From IMG/VR virus record IMGVR_UViG_3300030330_006019, positions 32,001-96,000 of that record: a stretch of DNA of 64,000 nt. One strand, 5' to 3'. A model generated the notes under the pieces. It ran no database searches. It was not told where the DNA came from and saw nothing but the letters and a program-made list of their open reading frames with translations. The position numbers and the translations under genes are program-made. Shown here piece after piece: positions 47,651-54,701 of the stretch (position 1 is its first letter; every line of letters starts with the position of its first letter). The stretch is from a virus (lineage: Duplodnaviria; Caudoviricetes).

Positions 47651-48778
47651 TTATCCTTCTGGTACTGGTTCACTGCTGATTTCAACATCATCAATTCCAA
47701 AATTATCAATCTTGTAATTCATAATAATTGTATCTGCAATTTTATCATAAATCTCTGTTCTTAGTTCTTCATTGTTTTCCAATAATGAATTCCAATCTTT
47801 TGACATAAATTTATGGTCCTTTCCAGTTGCGTCTGTATATGTGTACCAACTACCACCTTGTTTTACAAGTTTGTAATCTTTTAGAACATGTAACCATCCA
47901 CCAAAATCATCAATGCCACTTTCAAAATAAATTTCAAATTGTGACTTTCTTAATGGTGGTCCCATTCTATTTTTTACAACTTGTGCAACAGTTTTAATAC
48001 CCATAACTTGTTCTTGACCATCAACTCTTGCTTTGATTTGTCCCATTGGTTTAAGCCTTAGTCTACAACTGGAATGGAAAGCTACTGCCTTACCTCCAGA
48101 TGTAGTCCAAGGATCACCAAACATAACCCCCATCTTTTGTCTAAGTTGGTTTGTAAATACAAGACAAATTCTCTGTCTTCCTATCATTTGAGTAATCTTA
48201 CGCATAGCCTTTGATAAAATAATTGCTTTACTGGTTGCCCAGCCATCCTTTCCATAATCAGCTTCACTTTCAACTTTGGTTGTTGAACCAGCCAATGAAT
48301 CTACAACTATAGTAACAAGCCTATCCTTATCACTTTCTCTAACTTTAGTTATGATGTTTTCCATAACCTCAAAAATTTCCTCAACAGTTTCCAATTGAAT
48401 ATATAACATGTTTCCAACGTCGATTCCAATTGCCGTAGCAAATTCCTCATTCATTGCATTTTCTGTATCAATGTAAACTGCAAGTCCACCTTGTTTTTGT
48501 GTATTTGCAAGTAGGTGAGCAGCCATAAGACTTTTTCCACTACCTTCAAGACCAGTTATTTCAGTAATTCTACCAACTGGTATTCCACCATTTTTTCTGT
48601 TAGAGATTGCAAGGTCTAGCATAGATGACCCAGTACTAATCCACTCTGTCAAGTCAGTTGGTGTTTCTTCAGTACCGTCAAGAAAGTAAGCAACTTTATA
48701 GTCCTTAAATTTCTTATTAAGACTATCTGCTAACAAATTTGCTAAATCATCTCTCTTTGTAGTTACTTTCTTTGCCAT
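47651..48778 (-). CDS. recA: RecA/UvsX recombinase
   Basis: ISTGS, GRITEITGLEGSGKS, YIDTE, VVDS, FTNQLR, TTSGGKA, KNRMGPP. Confidence 0.95.
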   Translation of the reverse strand: MAKKVTTKRDDLANLLADSLNKKFKDYKVAYFLDGTEETPTDLTEWISTGSSMLDLAISNRKNGGIPVGRITEITGLEGSGKSLMAAHLLANTQKQGGLAVYIDTENAMNEEFATAIGIDVGNMLYIQLETVEEIFEVMENIITKVRESDKDRLVTIVVDSLAGSTTKVESEADYGKDGWATSKAIILSKAMRKITQMIGRQRICLVFTNQLRQKMGVMFGDPWTTSGGKAVAFHSSCRLRLKPMGQIKARVDGQEQVMGIKTVAQVVKNRMGPPLRKSQFEIYFESGIDDFGGWLHVLKDYKLVKQGGSWYTYTDATGKDHKFMSKDWNSLLENNEELRTEIYDKIADTIIMNYKIDNFGIDDVEISSEPVPEG

Positions 48779-48788
48779 ATACTATCTC

Positions 48789-49565
48789 CTAGCTAAATAA
48801 ATCGTCAAACGCTTTGTTAATATCATCAGATGATTTTACACCTTGACCTTCAACCTTTTGTGCAGTTGATTGTGCTGGTGTATCAACTTGTGGAGCACCA
48901 CCTGTATCACCATCTGGGTTTAACCATTCTTCTAAAGCTTGCTTTAAGTCACCATAAGAAACCTTTCTAAATATTTCAAAAATATCCTTTTGACCATTTA
49001 GAATTTTTTCAGCAACATTTTTATCCTCTGTTGCAGCAGTTTGGTTTGGCTTAACTCTGATAGTAGTTTTACCAAAGCTATTACCTGCTTCTTCAGGTGT
49101 ATGGTATTCAACAACAACGTCTCTACCTGAACCTAAGTCTGTAATATCACCATAGTCTGGGTCAGCTATAAAACTTAACAATTCTTGGTAAACTGTTTTT
49201 CCAAATCCCCAATATTTAACACCTTCTGATTCCTTACCTCTTACAAGAATAGGAACATAAGTTCTCATTTTTGGTTCTAACTTTCTTGACATTTGCCAAT
49301 CGTCTTTATTACCTGTAGCTTTTAACTTTTCAGCAAATTCAACTGCTGGGTCAGCTTCACCAAATGTTACAGGTGATAAATAATTTTTCTTACCTAAATC
49401 ATAATGAAAGTACATTTCCAAAAATGGATTGTCTTTATTGTGCTGATAAGGTACAATTCTAATTTGATTTTTTCCTGGTTCAGGCTTCCATAAATTGTCC
49501 TGTTTTCCAGTTTGTGTTTGAAGTTTATTTAACTTCTGTCTGATTGCTTCTAAATCTAGTGCCAT
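48789..49565 (-). CDS. Single-stranded DNA-binding protein (gp32-like)
   Basis: WKP...IRIVP, FGKTVY, DYGDITD..GRD, acidic tail DDINKAFDDLFS; adjacent to recA. Confidence 0.85.
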   Translation of the reverse strand: MALDLEAIRQKLNKLQTQTGKQDNLWKPEPGKNQIRIVPYQHNKDNPFLEMYFHYDLGKKNYLSPVTFGEADPAVEFAEKLKATGNKDDWQMSRKLEPKMRTYVPILVRGKESEGVKYWGFGKTVYQELLSFIADPDYGDITDLGSGRDVVVEYHTPEEAGNSFGKTTIRVKPNQTAATEDKNVAEKILNGQKDIFEIFRKVSYGDLKQALEEWLNPDGDTGGAPQVDTPAQSTAQKVEGQGVKSSDDINKAFDDLFS

Positions 49566-49584
49566 CTTTTTCTCCTTTTAATTA

Positions 49585-49758
49585 TTATTTGTCATTTTTA
49601 ATGTTTTGCACTTCTATTCTAACATCTTGTGCAATGTTTTTTACTTCTTGCATTGCCTTTCTAACTCGTGTACCTGCAGATTTATTTCCACTATTGAATT
49701 TATCAATATCTGCTTGTGTTGAGTTAACTAGGTCTTGTAATTTTTCAAAAAGTTCCAT
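49585..49758 (-). CDS. Histone H1-like Hc1 family protein (57 aa, absent from ORF track)
   Basis: Manual translation MELFEKLQDLVNSTQADIDKFNSGNKSAGTRVRKAMQEVKNIAQDVRIEVQNIKNDK with GNKSAGTRVRK signature; AGGAG RBS and promoter motif upstream. Confidence 0.85.
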   Translation of the reverse strand: MELFEKLQDLVNSTQADIDKFNSGNKSAGTRVRKAMQEVKNIAQDVRIEVQNIKNDK

Positions 49759-49789
49759 GTTTTTCTCCTTGTTATTTTTTAGTTAATAC

Positions 49790-49820
49790 TAATATAACAA
49801 ATTTTTTTGATATAAAAAAA
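49790..49820 (-). promoter_or_regulatory. Class A promoter-like motif upstream of hc1-ssb-recA
   Basis: Minus TTTTTTTATATCAAAAAAATTTGTTATATTA. Confidence 0.65.
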
Positions 49821-50165
49821 TTATTTCCAAAAAATTTGTACTGCTATAATCATTACTGCCAATATGAGAGATATGAATGTTTTTATTGTAATACCTTCTC
49901 CCATAAACCACCACGTTAATAACGCATATGAGCTAATACCTAAAGCAAATCCTAAAAATCTACCAGGCCATAGCAATCCATCAAAATACTCAAAAGAATA
50001 TTTAGTTGCTAAAATAAAGACATAGGATATAATACTTCCCATACCTATCGATAAAATTATTGGATTTTTGTCAAACCATTTCCAAATAAATTGGCCATTG
50101 GTTTGAAACCAGATGATTGATTGTCCTATTAGAAATAATAGAACCGCTAAGGTTAATTTACCCAT
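49821..50165 (-). CDS. Four-TM small membrane protein (SMR/EamA-like topology)
   Basis: Four hydrophobic helices in 114 aa. Confidence 0.65.
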   Translation of the reverse strand: MGKLTLAVLLFLIGQSIIWFQTNGQFIWKWFDKNPIILSIGMGSIISYVFILATKYSFEYFDGLLWPGRFLGFALGISSYALLTWWFMGEGITIKTFISLILAVMIIAVQIFWK

Positions 50166-50248
50166 AACACTTTAATTTTGTAGTTTTTAATTATTAATCT
50201 GTAATATACTAAATTTATTTGACAATAAAAAATTATTTACTATAAATA

Positions 50249-50650
50249 TCAATTTTTAATCTTTATATGCACAATATCAAGAACTTTTGTATCTATTCTT
50301 TTAAGTTCATTATCAGCTGTAGTTAATAATGAGTTTCTATAGTTATCCCATTCTACTTGATATGATGTATCTAATACACCATTATTTACTGATTGAATTA
50401 ATTTGTTTAATGCATTAATTGTGTATAAAGTATTTGTTTGTTTTTTTCTATGTAATGATATTGTGTTTTCCAATATTTGTGAATCTTCACCTTGTTCAAC
50501 ATTATATGTACACATTACTTCCCTGTCATCACCAACATTTTCTAAAACAAATATTTTGTTATATAGTACATCATATGTATCAACGATTACATCAATTGTT
50601 TTGTGGTATCCTTTTCTTACTGAAAATGTACATAGTAGTTGTGTTTTCAT
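50249..50650 (-). CDS. Hypothetical phage protein
   Basis: 133-aa ORF (LLCTF, TYNV, HRKKQTNTLYTINALN). Confidence 0.7.
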   Translation of the reverse strand: MKTQLLCTFSVRKGYHKTIDVIVDTYDVLYNKIFVLENVGDDREVMCTYNVEQGEDSQILENTISLHRKKQTNTLYTINALNKLIQSVNNGVLDTSYQVEWDNYRNSLLTTADNELKRIDTKVLDIVHIKIKN

Positions 50651-52704
50651 TATATCTTCCCTAATACCAATCTTCCTGGCTTTATACTTCCACCTGATAC
50701 TGAAAATGATAATGTGTCTTCGCTTCCAGAGCGTAAATCAACTTGAGTATATTGTGTACCACTTTCATTTATTGAATGTAGTATCCACATTTTAACTGAA
50801 GTATGTCCTTTTCCTTTTTGTACTTTTGAATCAACTACAACGCCTGGTATATATTGTCCGTCCTTTACAGCATCTTTCATATCCATAGCCTTTAGCCTAT
50901 CTTCCCTAAATTCCTTACCACTCTTTAGATATTCATATGCCTTTCCACTAGGTGGAACACCATATACCTTAAATAGTGGAAGTTCAGTTCTACCAAAATA
51001 CATTTCTTTTTCTAATTCAACAAATTCCTCCAATACAGTAGAAACTTGTTTGACACTTCCAGCTTTACTCTTTAGCATTGCCGATAAATGTTCGTATGCC
51101 ATAAAATTTATCATTAGCTTAAGTGCATATTTTGCACCATCACTTTCAGATTTAGGTACAGTTAATACTGGACCTGAAGATTGTTTTGTACCATCTATTC
51201 CATCATTTGGAACATCTAATAATTTTTTTAATGTTTGCCATTCACCATTTGCTTTAGAATGTAGGCTTTTTAATTCTGTCATATTTCCTTGCATTGCCAA
51301 TTGGCCACACAGGCTTGCATATCCAGAATAACTATATTTTTTTGGTGAAGACTTTGCTTCTTTAAGTTGTCTTGCAGCCGTCTTAAATCTTGACTTCATA
51401 AACTTATCTAGACTTGACGATGGTTTTGTTTTCTTTACAGATAAACTTTTAACCATAGTTTTACTAAACGATGACACCTTACTTTTTATCTTAGAAAATG
51501 CTGAAATAAATTTATCCTTAATAAATGTTAGTCCTTGTTTGAAATAATCTTTTAGACCTTCATTTAGTAAAAACTTGCTATTTCCATATTCTATCCAGTC
51601 TTTTGTTAACTGAAGTCTCCATGTATCATTTGGAGATTTAGTACCATACATATCCCTAAAGCTTTTTACTATTCTACCTAATTGTGCACCGCCATCTGAC
51701 TTTTTATTACTTATTTGATAGAACTCATCACCTGATTCTGTTTTACATTTACCTGAACTATCAAATGTAACTTTGTCTTTTGCAATGTTAGCAATTAACG
51801 TAGATGCTGGTGACTTTGTTATAATAGTATCTGCCGTGTTATCCTTAAACCCTTTCTTATCTAAATTATCATTCTTTTCACCAGCAGCATAATATTTACC
51901 TATACTCTTGTGAATAAAATTCCAACCTTTACAACCATGAACTGCTGCAAATTTTTGTACACCTATTGCCAATTCTAAAGCAGCAAGTAAATCTGGGAGT
52001 GCAACAAGTTTTCCTTTTAGTCCAGAAGCTCCACCTGATTCTGACCTAAGTGCACCTTCAAAGTCAGATATTGCAGCTTGTTGGTCAGCGTCAGTTGCTT
52101 TTCCTGATGTTAACCTATTGTAGTGTTTTATAGCATCAAAGTATAAACCTGTACATGCAGCAGATTCTAAAGTGTTTTCATTCCAAGTTACATCTCCACC
52201 ACTTTTTCCTTTTCCAACATTACCAAACATTTTTTTAAGTTTATTCTTTGAACCTGTTATGGCATATGTTATTCCTGTATCACTTGCCTTAATGTAAACA
52301 GTATGGTCAGCTGACCCCCCAATATTTAATTGTTTTGCATCTTTACTTTCTGGTTGTACAAAGAATGGACCTTTTGGTGGGGATTCGCCTGCAGCTGTAA
52401 ATAGTGCATCTGTATTTGTTACTGATATTAATTCTGTACCAACAGCTTTGTCCCAAACTGATGCTTCAGTTAGTAATTTTTCTTCTGAAATAATTTTTCC
52501 AATATTTACACAAAGTGTTTGAAATTCCTTTATAGGTTTATTTGGGTCTATAACATTTGACAAATAACTGGAAATAAATTCTTTAGGATAGTTATATGAC
52601 TTTAGTACATCTTCTAATATTTGAAAATGAGTCCTATTTTTAGGGTCTGGGCAACCATCATTTACTTTATATGCCCAATCTCTAACAATGCTATCTATGT
52701 TCAT
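50650..52704 (-). CDS. Large hypothetical protein with possible PD-(D/E)XK nuclease-like core
   Basis: NTADTII...YQISNKK motif; several LxE sites; ATATTTAT upstream. Confidence 0.55.
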   Translation of the reverse strand: MNIDSIVRDWAYKVNDGCPDPKNRTHFQILEDVLKSYNYPKEFISSYLSNVIDPNKPIKEFQTLCVNIGKIISEEKLLTEASVWDKAVGTELISVTNTDALFTAAGESPPKGPFFVQPESKDAKQLNIGGSADHTVYIKASDTGITYAITGSKNKLKKMFGNVGKGKSGGDVTWNENTLESAACTGLYFDAIKHYNRLTSGKATDADQQAAISDFEGALRSESGGASGLKGKLVALPDLLAALELAIGVQKFAAVHGCKGWNFIHKSIGKYYAAGEKNDNLDKKGFKDNTADTIITKSPASTLIANIAKDKVTFDSSGKCKTESGDEFYQISNKKSDGGAQLGRIVKSFRDMYGTKSPNDTWRLQLTKDWIEYGNSKFLLNEGLKDYFKQGLTFIKDKFISAFSKIKSKVSSFSKTMVKSLSVKKTKPSSSLDKFMKSRFKTAARQLKEAKSSPKKYSYSGYASLCGQLAMQGNMTELKSLHSKANGEWQTLKKLLDVPNDGIDGTKQSSGPVLTVPKSESDGAKYALKLMINFMAYEHLSAMLKSKAGSVKQVSTVLEEFVELEKEMYFGRTELPLFKVYGVPPSGKAYEYLKSGKEFREDRLKAMDMKDAVKDGQYIPGVVVDSKVQKGKGHTSVKMWILHSINESGTQYTQVDLRSGSEDTLSFSVSGGSIKPGRLVLGKI

Positions 52705-52729
52705 AAGCTATTCCTTTACAATATAAATA

Positions 52730-54082
52730 TCAACTTACAACCTTAGATAGGGTGTTTTTCATATCTTGGTATGTTTTACCATAATTTACACTAACTGGGT
52801 GGTTAAAGCATGACGTTATACTGTTAAGTATATCCTCATCTATATTTTCACAATCAAATAAAAAAGAGTCATATGTTGACAGTACAAGATTTATATTTTT
52901 AGTTTGTTGTATGTTTAACAATTTTGCAATTACTTTTGAATTATTTTCAGTTTCTGCTGCCTGTATATAGTAATTAAATAACTTGTTCTTATTTAAGTCT
53001 TCATAATTGCTTGCATACATTTTTCTACGAAATATTGGAGTTTCAACATATCCATTTTTTTGATAATCATTCCAAAGAATATTAATAAATTTTCTTATCA
53101 TATTAAAATATTCTATTCCACCTAAATTGTCAGGTACACCACCATATAATACTCTAAATGACATTTCCTTTGATTTTTTGTATTCATCTTCTGATATGTT
53201 TTCTTTGTTAAAATACTGTTTTGCTAGATATGTATGAACTGATGTTTTTGGAAAATCATATCCAATTATATCAGAAATTAACCGTAAGTGATATGCATCA
53301 AAGTCAAATTCCACCAAACTACCATTGTCATACCTACTTGTAAAAATACTTCTAGTGTTGTCGTCTTTATTTAATGCTGCAAAGTTTATACCTCCATGTC
53401 TGTTACTTGGCCTTCCTGTTGTTGTGTAAATATTATATTCTGTAAATATTTTGTCAACATTTACATTATATAATTGTCCACCCTTAAATGTTTCTTCAAA
53501 AAGAGATGAATTAATATGTAAACCATTTTTTTCTATTTTTGAAAAGTTATTTATTAAATTTGTATATTCAATATATTGTGGACTATTTGAAATATCTTCA
53601 TCTATTATTGGTATCATTAAGTTTTTTATGTTTCTACACATTTCATAATGCTTAAGTATAGGAATAAATTCATTTATGTTTCTATATTTCCAATACTTAC
53701 TTTCATAGTAAATATGAGCACTAGTGGCACATTTAGACACATCTAATGAAGAGTTATTAACAAAGTAATTAATCAAGTTAACATCCTTTATGTTTTTGCA
53801 CTGAAATAAATTATAGATGATTTTGCTATCAAAAACATAGGTTTTTGCATTTCCATTTAGTGTAAATAAATTTATATCAAAATTCATAAGAGAATCTTCA
53901 CCTGTAAACGGTATAACATAATCCTTTCCATCAAAAAGTGTATAGACATATATTAAATGTACTCTATTATTTAATGAATGCTTATTTATATCAGAAAGTA
54001 CAGGTATAATAATACTATCACGGGATTGTATAGTATTACAAATGTAAGAGAAGTCTTTTTGTGTTTCTATAATCATAACCAA
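52730..54082 (-). CDS. Compact family A DNA polymerase-like protein
   Basis: TTTGRPS, motif A DFDAYHLR, motif B KEMSFRVLYG, NYYIQA, motif C variant TYDSFLFD; 450 aa. Confidence 0.8.
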   Translation of the reverse strand: MVMIIETQKDFSYICNTIQSRDSIIIPVLSDINKHSLNNRVHLIYVYTLFDGKDYVIPFTGEDSLMNFDINLFTLNGNAKTYVFDSKIIYNLFQCKNIKDVNLINYFVNNSSLDVSKCATSAHIYYESKYWKYRNINEFIPILKHYEMCRNIKNLMIPIIDEDISNSPQYIEYTNLINNFSKIEKNGLHINSSLFEETFKGGQLYNVNVDKIFTEYNIYTTTGRPSNRHGGINFAALNKDDNTRSIFTSRYDNGSLVEFDFDAYHLRLISDIIGYDFPKTSVHTYLAKQYFNKENISEDEYKKSKEMSFRVLYGGVPDNLGGIEYFNMIRKFINILWNDYQKNGYVETPIFRRKMYASNYEDLNKNKLFNYYIQAAETENNSKVIAKLLNIQQTKNINLVLSTYDSFLFDCENIDEDILNSITSCFNHPVSVNYGKTYQDMKNTLSKVVS

Positions 54083-54090
54083 ATTTGTTT

Positions 54091-54121
54091 TAATATAACC
54101 AAAAATATTGACAAATAAAAA
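54091..54121 (-). promoter_or_regulatory. Class A promoter-like motif upstream of polA-like gene
   Basis: Minus TTTTTATTTGTCAATATTTTTGGTTATATTA. Confidence 0.65.
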
Positions 54122-54123
54122 TA

Positions 54124-54699
54124 TTATCGGCTAAACTGTGTCAAGTCACTTAAGTAATTTTTTAACGTTGGTATTATTTTACTAGCATCATCAACAACCT
54201 TTTTATTTTTAGACTCTGTAGTCATCATAAAAGCAATTGAAGATTCTTGTTCTAGATTTTTAGTTATATGCCAATCTAATTCCATCTCTGCATATAGTCC
54301 TTCAGGAAGTCCTGCAATTTTTCTAGGATATTCTTTTTCTGATGTTTCATACAGTTTATTATAATCATTTCTTTTTGCTATAAAATATCTTGTTATAAAT
54401 CCATTTTCAAAATCCTCATCACTAGGGTTAGGTATAAACGTAAATGGCAAAGCTGTATTTTGAGAAACTTGAATTATGTCACTTTCAGTGTATGCATTTT
54501 TATAACCAACAATTAATGGATTTTCTTCAATTGAAACCAGTCTTTTGTGTGGTTCAGGGACATGAACTTTTCCAACCATAGGACCTTTGTCTGGGTGTAC
54601 ATGATAAAATCCAACATAGTCTTCACCATCTAATAAGAATTCACCACCTTTAGTAAAAAGTGCCTTTTGTATTCCGTCTGAAGAAGCATATATACTCAT
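54124..54699 (-). CDS. Hypothetical protein of tail/baseplate module
   Basis: YVGFYH, P..DFENGFITRYF; last gene of structural run. Confidence 0.55.
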   Translation of the reverse strand: MSIYASSDGIQKALFTKGGEFLLDGEDYVGFYHVHPDKGPMVGKVHVPEPHKRLVSIEENPLIVGYKNAYTESDIIQVSQNTALPFTFIPNPSDEDFENGFITRYFIAKRNDYNKLYETSEKEYPRKIAGLPEGLYAEMELDWHITKNLEQESSIAFMMTTESKNKKVVDDASKIIPTLKNYLSDLTQFSR

Positions 54700-54701
54700 A
54701 G

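Noticed and set aside
30623-48778. Inteins or introns in polB, nrdJ, helicase or recA
   Set aside because: Protein lengths are ordinary, motifs are contiguous, and no splicing or homing endonuclease motifs are visible.
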